DNA of 64,000 bases from assembly GCA_036513095.1 (NCBI GenBank), contig DATBZR010000078.1, positions 15,475 to 79,474 on the forward strand, read 5' to 3'. Below the pieces are notes generated by a model, which saw only the letters and a program-made list of their open reading frames with translations, was not told the origin of the DNA and did not search any database. Positions 34,548 to 43,075 of this stretch are shown here, one piece after another; the stretch's first letter is position 1, and each line of letters opens with the position of its first letter. This stretch comes from Candidatus Dormiibacterota bacterium. GTDB lineage: Bacteria; Chloroflexota; Dormibacteria; Dormibacterales; Dormibacteraceae. A program made the position numbers and the translations under genes.

Positions 34548-35402
34548 TTAGAGCTGGCCGGCGAGGCGGATCTGGCGCCGCAGCACCCACCGGCTGATCA
34601 GGTTGATCCCCAGCACCAAGACCACGAGGACGAGCGCGGCGCCCCACGCCTGGTCCTGCAGCGACTTGTAAGGAAGCAGCGCGTACTGGTAGACGGTGAG
34701 CGGCAGGGCCTGCATCGCCTGCGTCGGGTTGACCTGGAAAAGCGTGTTGCCCAGCGAGGTGAACAAGAGAGGCGCGGTCTCGCCCGAGGCCCGCGCCACG
34801 GCAAGCAGCGCTCCGGTGATCACGCCGGGAACTGCCGCAGGGAGGATGAGCTGGATCGAGACGCGCCACCGGGGCAGGCCGAGAGCCAGGCCCGACTCGC
34901 GCAATCCATGAGGGATGAGCGCGACAGCGCCCTCGGTCGTGCGGATGACGATGGGCAGCATCAGGATCGCCAGGGCGACCGAGCCTGCGATCCCGGAGAA
35001 GTGATGGACCGGCACGACGACAAGCGCATAAGCGAAAAGGCCGATCGCGATTGACGGCGTACCGACGAGGACGTCGCTCGCGAGCCGGACCCAGCTTGCC
35101 CATGGGTCCGCGGCGTACTCGGCCACGTAGATCCCCCCGAGGATTCCGATCGGAATCGCCATCAGCGAGGCAAGGCCAACCAGGATCCCGGTCCCGACGA
35201 TGGCGTGGGCGACGCCACCACCTGGGACCCCGAACGGACGAAAGGAGTTGGTGAAGAACTCGGGGTGCAGCACGGACGGCAGGCCTCTGGTGACGACAAA
35301 CCACAGCACGAGGCCGAGAGGAATGAGCGCAATCACGGTCAGCACGTACATGACGCCCAGCCAAGCCGTGCTCGCGAATCGCCGCCTGACATTTCGATTC
35401 AT
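34548..35402 (-). CDS. pstA: phosphate ABC transporter permease PstA
   Basis: Polytopic membrane protein with the EAA-type loop ...LRESGLALG..RW. Follows pstC with a 4-nt overlap. Confidence 0.9.
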   Translation of the reverse strand: MNRNVRRRFASTAWLGVMYVLTVIALIPLGLVLWFVVTRGLPSVLHPEFFTNSFRPFGVPGGGVAHAIVGTGILVGLASLMAIPIGILGGIYVAEYAADPWASWVRLASDVLVGTPSIAIGLFAYALVVVPVHHFSGIAGSVALAILMLPIVIRTTEGAVALIPHGLRESGLALGLPRWRVSIQLILPAAVPGVITGALLAVARASGETAPLLFTSLGNTLFQVNPTQAMQALPLTVYQYALLPYKSLQDQAWGAALVLVVLVLGINLISRWVLRRQIRLAGQL

Positions 35403-36355
35403 GCGGCGCGGCTCGCTTCGCCGGAAATAGATCTGACCAGGAGCAGCGCGAAGATGTTGACGACAAGCGTGACGAGGATCAGCACCAACCCAAGCTCGAT
35501 CAACGCGGCCGGGTAAAGCGTCCCTGTCGCCTCGTTGAACTCATTCGCGATGACGCTGGCCAGCGTGTACGCCGGCGAGAAGATCGATGGGGGAATCGCG
35601 TATCGATTGCCGATCACCATCGTGACCGCGATGGTCTCGCCGAGGGCGCGCCCGAGCGCCAGGATCGTTGCTCCGAAGATACCGGCACGGGCCGAAGGCA
35701 GGATCACGCGCCACGTGGTCTCCCACCATGTCGATCCGAGAGCGACGGCGCTCTCCCTCAAGCCACGCGGGACGGCTCGGATCACTTCCCTGGAGATCGC
35801 CGAAAGTGTGGGCAGGATCATCACCGCGAGCACGAGGGAGGCATTGAAGAGGCTGCGTGCCCCGGGCTGTGAGAGCCATCCGATGGAACCTCCAAAGCGG
35901 TCGGAGATCGGGATCTCGATGTGCTGGAAAGACCATGGGGCGAGGACGTACAGCGCCCAGATGCCATAGACCACGCTCGGAATCGCGGCCAGGAGCTCGA
36001 TCGCGATGCCCAGGATTCCCCGGACCGAGGCCTGACCTTGCTCGGCGAGCACCACTGCTACCGCCACTCCGACCGGAACCGCGATCACGAGGGCGAGCAG
36101 GGAGGTCGCAACTGTGCCGAAGATTGCCGGCAGCGCGCCAAATGTATCGGTGACGGGGTTCCAGTCGGTGCCGGTCAGGAAGCCCAGCCCGAAGTGTTTG
36201 ACCGCCGGCGCGGCCTGCTGGAAGAGGATGACGACGATCACGACCAGGATCACCGGGGCTGCCGCGGCGATCGCACCCGACACCGTGCGGAATCGATCCG
36301 GCACTCGCCTCGCCGGCGGGAGGATGGCGGCCGGTGCGGCTTCGACCGCGGCCAA
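35399..36355 (-). CDS. pstC: phosphate ABC transporter permease PstC
   Basis: Contains ...LRESAVALGSTWWET... and has a typical PstC length. Confidence 0.9.
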   Translation of the reverse strand: MAAVEAAPAAILPPARRVPDRFRTVSGAIAAAAPVILVVIVVILFQQAAPAVKHFGLGFLTGTDWNPVTDTFGALPAIFGTVATSLLALVIAVPVGVAVAVVLAEQGQASVRGILGIAIELLAAIPSVVYGIWALYVLAPWSFQHIEIPISDRFGGSIGWLSQPGARSLFNASLVLAVMILPTLSAISREVIRAVPRGLRESAVALGSTWWETTWRVILPSARAGIFGATILALGRALGETIAVTMVIGNRYAIPPSIFSPAYTLASVIANEFNEATGTLYPAALIELGLVLILVTLVVNIFALLLVRSISGEASRAA

Positions 36356-36357
36356 AG

Positions 36358-37101
36358 CTAGGTCGTCTCGGTGAGGTCGGCCGGCTCGCCTATGCGATCG
36401 AGGCGATAGCCGATGCCGCGCACGGTAACGATTTCGAATGGCGCGACGCCGGCGAACTTCTCGCGCAGCCAGCGAATGTGAACATCCACCGTCTTGCGAT
36501 CGCCGGAGAACTCATGTCCCCAGACGTTTTCGAGCAGGACGTCGCGCGTGTGCACGCGGCGCGGGAAAGCCAGCAGGTAGGAGAGAAGGTCGAACTCGCG
36601 GGCGGTCAGCTTGACGTCGCGCCCGTCCAGCACGACCCGGCGAGCGGCCCGGTCGATGGTGAAATCCCCGATCGAGTCGCGTTCAGGGATCGACCTGGGC
36701 TCGTTGGCCTCCGGCGCGGCCCGGCGGAGAACAGCGTTGACGCGCGCGAGCACCTCGCGAATCGAGAAGGGCTTGGTGATGTAGTCATCGGCGCCGAGCT
36801 CGAGGCCGACGATCTTGTCGACCTCTGCGTCCTTGGCCGTGATCATGATGATCGGCACACGGCTGCTCTTCCTCAATGCACGGCAGAAGTCGAAGCCGCT
36901 CATGCCCGGCAGCATCAGGTCGAGCAGGATCAGGTCGGGCCGGGCGGTGCGCGCGGTGCGGAGGCCGGCGGCTCCGTCCCGCGCCTCCTGAACCGAGAAG
37001 CCGGCCGAGGTCAGGTTGTACTTCAGCATCTCGCGGATGCCTTCGTCGTCCTCGACCACGAGGACCCTGCCGGCGCTTCCATTGCCGGCAGGTCGGTTCA
37101 T
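36358..37101 (-). CDS. phoB: phosphate-regulon response regulator (PhoB/PhoP/RegX3-type)
   Basis: OmpR-family receiver domain plus winged helix (LTAREFDLLSYL...GIGYRL), embedded between phoU and pstC. Confidence 0.85.
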   Translation of the reverse strand: MNRPAGNGSAGRVLVVEDDEGIREMLKYNLTSAGFSVQEARDGAAGLRTARTARPDLILLDLMLPGMSGFDFCRALRKSSRVPIIMITAKDAEVDKIVGLELGADDYITKPFSIREVLARVNAVLRRAAPEANEPRSIPERDSIGDFTIDRAARRVVLDGRDVKLTAREFDLLSYLLAFPRRVHTRDVLLENVWGHEFSGDRKTVDVHIRWLREKFAGVAPFEIVTVRGIGYRLDRIGEPADLTETT

Positions 37102-37760
37102 CCGAGCTCCACGACCTGGCCGGTTTCAAGAAACACGATGTCTTCAGCGACGTTGGTGACGCGGTCGGAGATGCGCTCGAGGTTGTGTGCGACCAACAGG
37201 AGCGTGACTGCCCGCAGGGCGCCGTCGGTGTCGGTCTTGCCGTTCCCGATCTCTTTGACGAGGTCTTCGAAGACACGGTGCCAGAGGCGGTCGACCTCAT
37301 TGTCGCGGCTCGCCACCTCGCGGGCTCGTGGCACGTTCTGGTCGATGATCGCTTCGAGGATGTCATGCACCTGGCCGATGGCCAGCTCGCCCATCAGGCC
37401 GAGCTCGGCGCGCAGCGGCTTGTCCGGCAGTGCGACAAGGGTGCTCGTCATGCGTGCGATGCGCACCGCGTAGTCACCCATCCGCTCGAGCTCAATGGCG
37501 ATGTACTGAAGGCCCATCAGGTAGCGGAGGTCACGAGCAACAGGCTGCTGAGTGGAGATGACCATGAACACCTGCTCCCGGATCTGGCGGAACAGCTCGT
37601 TCAAGTACTGGTCCTGGTTGCGTACCTTCTCGGCCGCAGCGCCGTCACGCCGGCGTAGGGCATCGAGCGCGGCCTCGATCTGCGACTCGACAAGCGTGCC
37701 CATCCGGACCAGCGACTCGCGAAGGCTCGCGAGCTCTCTCTCAAACGTCAGTCGGGGCAC
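37098..37760 (-). CDS. phoU: phosphate signalling complex protein PhoU
   Basis: Two PhoU repeats with ...ELERMGDYAVRIA... and ...NLERISDRVTNVAE.... Confidence 0.92.
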   Translation of the reverse strand: MPRLTFERELASLRESLVRMGTLVESQIEAALDALRRRDGAAAEKVRNQDQYLNELFRQIREQVFMVISTQQPVARDLRYLMGLQYIAIELERMGDYAVRIARMTSTLVALPDKPLRAELGLMGELAIGQVHDILEAIIDQNVPRAREVASRDNEVDRLWHRVFEDLVKEIGNGKTDTDGALRAVTLLLVAHNLERISDRVTNVAEDIVFLETGQVVELG

Positions 37761-37765
37761 TGTTT

Positions 37766-38608
37766 CTAGCCGAACCTACCGGTGATGTAAGCCTCTGTCC
37801 GCTGATCCTGCGGTTGGTTGAACAGGTCGGCCGTCGGCGCGAACTCGATGAGCTCGCCATACCGACCTTCGGGATTCATGAGCATGAAGGCGGTGTAGTC
37901 GGAGACCCGCGCCGCCTGCTGCATGTTGTGCGTAACGATGACGATCGTGTAATCGCGCATGAGCTCGGCCATGAGGTCTTCGATCTTCAACGTCGCCACC
38001 GGATCGAGGGCCGAACACGGCTCGTCCATAAGGATCACCTCGGGGCTCACGGCGAGGCACCTGGCGATGGCGAGCCTTTGCTGCTGACCACCCGACAGCG
38101 AGGTTGCCGGAGCATCGAGGCGGTCGCTGACCTCGTCCCACAACGCAGAGCGTTCGAGACTCTGGCGGACGATCTCTTTGACCCGCGACGAGCCCCAGCC
38201 GAGGAGCCGCGGCGCAAAGGCGACGTTATCTCGAATCGACATCGGGAACGGGCTGGGCCGCTGGAAGACCATGCCCACTTTCTGACGCAGCTCCAGGAGC
38301 TTGCGTGTGGTGATCACGTCCTCTCCGTCGAGTAGGACTTTGCCCCCGGCGCGGGTCGCCGGGATGAGGTCGTACATCCGGTTGAAAACCCGCAGCAGGG
38401 TGCTCTTTCCGCATCCTGAAGGCCCGATGATCGCCGTAATCCGCTTCTCGGGAATCTCAAAGGTCACATCCTTCAAGGCCTGGTTCTTGCCGTAGTAGAA
38501 GGTGAGGCCCTCGACCTTCAGCTTTGCCTCCCCCGCGCCGACCACGGCGCGGAGCGCGGGCCGGTCGGAGCGAGCGGTCGGCTGCATCAACGGACGAACA
38601 TTGGCCAT
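37766..38608 (-). CDS. pstB: phosphate ABC transporter ATP-binding protein PstB
   Basis: Walker A GPSGCGKST, signature LSGGQQQRL, Walker B ILMDEP, and the PstB-typical tail YITGRFG. Confidence 0.95.
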   Translation of the reverse strand: MANVRPLMQPTARSDRPALRAVVGAGEAKLKVEGLTFYYGKNQALKDVTFEIPEKRITAIIGPSGCGKSTLLRVFNRMYDLIPATRAGGKVLLDGEDVITTRKLLELRQKVGMVFQRPSPFPMSIRDNVAFAPRLLGWGSSRVKEIVRQSLERSALWDEVSDRLDAPATSLSGGQQQRLAIARCLAVSPEVILMDEPCSALDPVATLKIEDLMAELMRDYTIVIVTHNMQQAARVSDYTAFMLMNPEGRYGELIEFAPTADLFNQPQDQRTEAYITGRFG

Positions 38609-38649
38609 CCCCCGGGGTTCAGGATATGCCCAGCTGGATTAAGGCAGGT

Positions 38650-39687
38650 TTATCCGCCGGTTAAGACTTGGTGCGGCAGGGCGATGTAGAAGACCTGGCC
38701 CCCCTCACGCGCCGTCTCGGTCCAGATCCGGCCGCCGAGCACCTGGACCAGGTGCTTGGTGATGGCAAGCCCCAGCCCGAACCCGCCGGCCTCTCGTGGC
38801 CGGGCCCGATCCACCTTGTAGAACCGCTCGAAGACCCGGCTCCAGTGCTCTGGCGAGATGCCAGGTCCTCGATCCCGAACGCTGAGCACAATCTCCCCAC
38901 CGGTGACCTCCGCGTTGACGTCGATCGCCGTACCCGGAGGCGAGAACTTGGCGGCGTTGTCCAGGAGGTTGCCCAGCGCCTGGGCGAGCTTTGGGCGGTC
39001 CGTCGAGACGAACAGGTCCGGCGGCACCGAGGCGTTCACGGTCCTGTCTGGGCGCAGCCGCGCCACGCTGTCGGACACGAGCTCCGCAAGGTCGAACTCC
39101 GCAACGTCGACGGCCATCGCTCCGGTCTCGATGTCGCCGAGCTGACGCAGGTTGTCGATGATCTTGCTCATCAGGTCGGCCTCTCTGACAAGGCGCTCCG
39201 CAAACCGCTTCCGGTCCTTAGGCAAAGGATCTCCGAGCAGGCTCTCCGCGGTGAGTCGCAGTGACGTGATGGGCGTCTTCAGCTCATGCACCAGATTGGC
39301 GACGAACTCCTGCCGCACCGTCGCCAAGCGCCTCAGCTCCGTGATGTTGGTCAGGAAGAGGAGCTTCTCGCCCTCACGGCGACCGGCGACGAGCTGCGTC
39401 AACACAGTTGCTCGGCGGTGCACCAGCTGCGCCTCGGCTCGCGGCTGCTCAAAGCGCACGATATCGACGAGACGGGACTCAAGGGTCACCTCGACAAGAC
39501 TTGCGGGCAGCCTTGACTGTTCGATCTCGAAGAAGTCACGCGCGGCCTCATTCGCGCCCACGACCCGGTTCTCGGCGTCGAGAAGGAGTGCCATCAAGGG
39601 AGCGTGCTCGAGAAGCTCGGCAAAGAGGTCTCGCGGCGGAAGGTTCGACTCAGGCGATCCGATGTCGCGGCGCCTGTCCCATATCAC
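38650..39687 (-). CDS. phoR: PAS-domain sensor histidine kinase (PhoR/SenX3-like), no obvious TM segment
   Basis: H-box FVANLVHELKTPIT, plus N, G1 and G2 boxes (LDNAAKFSP, DRGPGI, GGFGLGLAI). Heads the pst/phoU operon. Confidence 0.8.
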   Translation of the reverse strand: MIWDRRRDIGSPESNLPPRDLFAELLEHAPLMALLLDAENRVVGANEAARDFFEIEQSRLPASLVEVTLESRLVDIVRFEQPRAEAQLVHRRATVLTQLVAGRREGEKLLFLTNITELRRLATVRQEFVANLVHELKTPITSLRLTAESLLGDPLPKDRKRFAERLVREADLMSKIIDNLRQLGDIETGAMAVDVAEFDLAELVSDSVARLRPDRTVNASVPPDLFVSTDRPKLAQALGNLLDNAAKFSPPGTAIDVNAEVTGGEIVLSVRDRGPGISPEHWSRVFERFYKVDRARPREAGGFGLGLAITKHLVQVLGGRIWTETAREGGQVFYIALPHQVLTGG

Positions 39688-39723
39688 GGCCGGAGTATAT
39701 GAGCACCAAATCGACGTGTCGAA

Positions 39724-39752
39724 GCTTAAGGAGCGGTTAACCCGCGCTTAAA
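39724..39752 (+). promoter_or_regulatory. candidate Pho box: three 7-bp direct repeats at 11-bp periodicity
   Basis: GCTTAAG-gagc-GGTTAAC-ccgc-GCTTAAA, with TTAA cores at 39726, 39737 and 39748. It lies in the phoR/pstS divergent intergenic region. CATAAC (39761-39766) follows 8 nt downstream, and the pstS ATG is at 39806. Confidence 0.4.
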
Positions 39753-39805
39753 CGGCCGTCCATAACGTGGTGGCCGTTAGTCCATCGCGTTCAGGAGGGG
39801 TTTTG

Positions 39806-40900
39806 ATGCTTCGAGCTACGTTCATTACGCGGTTCCTGCTTGTGGGAGTAGCGGCCGCGATTGTCGGAACTGCATGTGGTGGCACCGGCACAGCGAGCGC
39901 CTCGCCATCACCGGTCGACGTCGGCAGCGGTTCGCTCACGGCCGCGGGCGCAACGTTCCCGGCGCCGTTTTATCAGAGGGCTTTCTTCGACTACTCGGCC
40001 AAGTACCCGCAGGTCACGATCAACTATCAGCCTGTCGGTTCCGGCGCAGGCATTCAGCAATTCATCAAAAACACAGTCGACTTCGGTGCCAGCGACGTGC
40101 CGATGACGGCGGCCGACATCACCTCAGCGGGCGGCCCTGACACGCTGACCCAGATCCCGACCACGCTCGGGGTGATCTCCATCGCATTCAACATCTCCGG
40201 CGTCAGCTCCTTGAACCTCGACGCGAGCTCGCTGGCCGGCATCTTCCTCGGCCACATCAAGAGCTGGAACGACCCCGCACTGACCGCGCTGAACTCCGGC
40301 GCGAGTCTACCGAACAAGCCGATCACCGTCGTCCACCGCTCGGACGGCAGTGGCACCACCTACCACTTCACCGACTACCTGGGCAAGGTCTCCCCAGAGT
40401 GGAGTTCCAACGTCGGCACCGCCAAGTCGGTCAAGTGGCCGGTTGGCGTGGGCGCGAGTGGCAACCAGGCAGTCGCGCAGGCGATCACCTCGACAGAGGG
40501 TGCCATCGGATACGTCGAGCTCGCGTACGTCGTCTCGGCAGGCATGCACCAGGCCGCGCTGAAGAATGCCAACGGCAAGTTCGTCACGGCCAGCGTCGCC
40601 GGCGCGACCGCCGCTGCTGCGCAGAACACCAGCGTCAGCCCGACCAACTTCTCGATCACAAATGCGCCCGGCGACACCACCTACCCCATCGCCGGTTTCA
40701 GCTGGGTCATGATTCGCACGTCCTTCAGCGACGCCACGAAGGGCAAGGCGGTCGTGTACCTCTTCAAGTGGCTGGTCAGCAGCGAAGGCCAGAAAGAAGG
40801 GACCGACCTGCAATACGCACCGCTCCCCACCGCCGTGCAGAGCCTGGCGCTCAGCAACCTCAAGCTGATCAAGGCCGGAGGGGCCACCGTTCTCAGTTAA
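39806..40900 (+). CDS. pstS: phosphate ABC transporter substrate-binding lipoprotein PstS
   Basis: ATG 39806 is preceded by AGGAGG (39793-39798). MLRATFITRFLLVGVAAAIVGTACGG is a lipobox. Contains GATFPAPFY...YQPVGSGAGI...RSDGSGTT. Confidence 0.9.
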   Translation: MLRATFITRFLLVGVAAAIVGTACGGTGTASASPSPVDVGSGSLTAAGATFPAPFYQRAFFDYSAKYPQVTINYQPVGSGAGIQQFIKNTVDFGASDVPMTAADITSAGGPDTLTQIPTTLGVISIAFNISGVSSLNLDASSLAGIFLGHIKSWNDPALTALNSGASLPNKPITVVHRSDGSGTTYHFTDYLGKVSPEWSSNVGTAKSVKWPVGVGASGNQAVAQAITSTEGAIGYVELAYVVSAGMHQAALKNANGKFVTASVAGATAAAAQNTSVSPTNFSITNAPGDTTYPIAGFSWVMIRTSFSDATKGKAVVYLFKWLVSSEGQKEGTDLQYAPLPTAVQSLALSNLKLIKAGGATVLS

Positions 40901-40913
40901 CTCCTCTCGTTGT

Positions 40914-41543
40914 CTACAGGGGTTTGCGCGCGGGAACGCCGGGCCGGCGCGGAAAAGCCGGCGGCGTTGGCCGGACTTTGTCGACGACGACCACGGTGCC
41001 CGAGCGGCGCGCGGCGGAGGGAGCAACCACCACCTGGCGCAGCTCTCCGCCCATCATTTCGATCGCGCGGCCGGCCGCGGCCATGTCCTCCGTCTCGGTC
41101 TTTTGCGCCAGCAGGCGCCCGCCGACCCGCACGAGCGGGAGGCACAGCTCGGCCAGCACCGGCATCGGCGCGAGGGCGCGTGCCACCGCCACATCGAACG
41201 ACTCGCGGTAGCGCGGATCCTGCCCGACCTCCTCGGCGCGCCTGGCCACGACCACCACGTCGCTCAATCCCAGGGCGGCACAAGCCCGCACCAGGAAGGC
41301 GGCCTTGGCCTGGTCTGCCTCGACCAGAGTCAGATCGAGACTCGGGCGTGCGAGCTTGAGCGGCAGGCCGGGCAGGCCACCGCCCGAACCGACATCGACC
41401 ACCCTGCCGGTTGCACCAAGGTGGTCGAGCAGGACAAGGGAGTCGGCGATCAGCTCCTCCGCCGGTCGCGACACCAGTCCCGGCCATTCCGAGATCAATC
41501 GCGCGAGCTCAACCAGCTTAGAATCAGTCACTGAAATGCCCAT
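40914..41543 (-). CDS. rsmG: 16S rRNA (guanine527-N7)-methyltransferase
   Basis: VVDVGSGGGLPGLPLK SAM motif and GidB-like length. The annotated start overlaps the divergent fmdB-like start by 8 nt, so GTG at 41529-41531 is an alternative. Confidence 0.88.
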   Translation of the reverse strand: MGISVTDSKLVELARLISEWPGLVSRPAEELIADSLVLLDHLGATGRVVDVGSGGGLPGLPLKLARPSLDLTLVEADQAKAAFLVRACAALGLSDVVVVARRAEEVGQDPRYRESFDVAVARALAPMPVLAELCLPLVRVGGRLLAQKTETEDMAAAGRAIEMMGGELRQVVVAPSAARRSGTVVVVDKVRPTPPAFPRRPGVPARKPL

Positions 41544-41778
41544 CTACGAGTATCGGTGCGAGAGCTGCACCGAGAAGTTCGAGCTCTTGACCAGGTTCGC
41601 CGAGCGGGACATCGCGCAGGCCTGTCCGGCGTGCGAATCGACCAGGACGAGAGTGCTCGTCTCGAGCTTCGCGGTGGCAGGCGGAGAACCATCCGAGTCG
41701 CTCGATTTCGGGAGCGCGGAAGGTGGCGGCGGCTGCTGCGGCGGCGGTTGCGGCTCCTGCGGCTCCAGCCCGAACTGA
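41536..41778 (+). CDS. FmdB-family zinc-ribbon protein with a Gly/Cys-rich tail
   Basis: ATG 41536 gives MPIYEYRCESC...ACPACES (CxxC...CxxC), with the tail GGGGCCGGGCGSCGSS. Confidence 0.75.
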   Translation: MPIYEYRCESCTEKFELLTRFAERDIAQACPACESTRTRVLVSSFAVAGGEPSESLDFGSAEGGGGCCGGGCGSCGSSPN

Positions 41779-41787
41779 TCCTCTAAG

Positions 41788-43071
41788 TTGCTCTTCCCGG
41801 TCACGTACCGGGTGAACGCCGCCGGCCACATGGAGGTGGGCGGCTGCGACCTCGTCGACCTTGCCCGTGAACACGGCACCCCGCTTTACGTTTATGACGA
41901 AGCGACCGTCCGCCAGCGGGCCGCGGAGTACGTCGCCGCGATGGGCTCGGCCGGTCAGGTGCTGTACTCCGCCAAGGCATTCGCGTCGCCGCAATTCCTG
42001 CGCGTCGTCGCCGAGGAGGGACTGGGCCTCGACGTCGTCTCGGCCGGCGAGCTCCACCTCGCCTTGAGGTCGGGTTTCCCGCAGGACCGTATTCACTTTC
42101 TCGGCAACAACAAGAGTCGCCAGGACGTCGAGGCCGCGTACCGGGCGGGAGCGACGATCGTCATCGACGGCGACTACGAGTTCGAGCTGCTGCGCGAGAT
42201 GGTCCCGGAAGGCAGGCGAACGCCGGTCATGCTGCGGCTTTCGCCGGGAGTCAAGCCGGACACGCACGATCACATCTCCACCGGACAGCTCGATTCCAAG
42301 TTCGGTTTTTCCATCGAGTCCGGCGCGGCGCGCCGGGCGGTGGAAAAGGCACTCGGGCATCCGCGTCTCGAGCTGATCGGCCTGCACTCGCATATCGGAT
42401 CGCAGATTTTCGGCCTGGGTGCTTACGAACACGCGATGGCCATCATGCTCGACCTGCTCGTCGAGCTGAAAGACGGCCTTGGTTTCGAGCCGCGCAAGCT
42501 CGGAGCGGGTGGCGGTCTTGGTATCGCGTACACGCGAAACGACGATCCGCCCACGCCGCGCGAATTCGTCGAGGTGATCCATCGCGCGCTGCTCGCGGGT
42601 TGCGCGCAGCGCGGATTGAAAGTGCCGCAGCTCGTGGTCGAGCCCGGCCGCTCGATCGCCGGGCCGGCCGGCATGGCGCTGTACACGGTCGGTTCGATCA
42701 AGGACATTCCGGGTGTCCGCCGTTACGTCGCGGTCGATGGCGGTATGGGGGACAACATCAGGCCGAAGCTCTACGGGGCGCGCTACGAGGCCTACCTCGC
42801 CTCTGATCCCGACCGCGCTGCCGATGGCAAGGTCACCATCGCGGGCAAGTACTGCGAATCGACCGACATCCTCATCACCGACATCGAGATGCCCCCACTC
42901 AAGGCGGGCGACGTCATCGCACTGCCCGCGGCCGGCGCCTACTGCCTTTCCATGGCGAGTAACTACAACGGCATACCGCGGCCCGAGGTATTGATGTTGC
43001 GGGACGGCGAGGCCAAGGTGATGCGCCGGCGCGAGACCCTCGAGGACCTCGTCGCAGCCGAAGTCTTCTAG
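41788..43071 (+). CDS. lysA: diaminopimelate decarboxylase
   Basis: Contains YSAKAF (PLP Lys), HSHIGSQ, EPGRSI and CESTD. Confidence 0.93.
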   Translation: MLFPVTYRVNAAGHMEVGGCDLVDLAREHGTPLYVYDEATVRQRAAEYVAAMGSAGQVLYSAKAFASPQFLRVVAEEGLGLDVVSAGELHLALRSGFPQDRIHFLGNNKSRQDVEAAYRAGATIVIDGDYEFELLREMVPEGRRTPVMLRLSPGVKPDTHDHISTGQLDSKFGFSIESGAARRAVEKALGHPRLELIGLHSHIGSQIFGLGAYEHAMAIMLDLLVELKDGLGFEPRKLGAGGGLGIAYTRNDDPPTPREFVEVIHRALLAGCAQRGLKVPQLVVEPGRSIAGPAGMALYTVGSIKDIPGVRRYVAVDGGMGDNIRPKLYGARYEAYLASDPDRAADGKVTIAGKYCESTDILITDIEMPPLKAGDVIALPAAGAYCLSMASNYNGIPRPEVLMLRDGEAKVMRRRETLEDLVAAEVF

Positions 43072-43075
43072 CCGG

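Noticed and set aside
34546-35466. Long N-terminal extension of the arsC ORF (440-aa track ORF)
   Set aside because: It is out of frame over the well-supported pstA gene and Arg/Pro-rich. Only the last 133 aa form the LMW-PTP arsenate reductase. The same applies to the thiS ORF extension at 32198-32545 over thiE.
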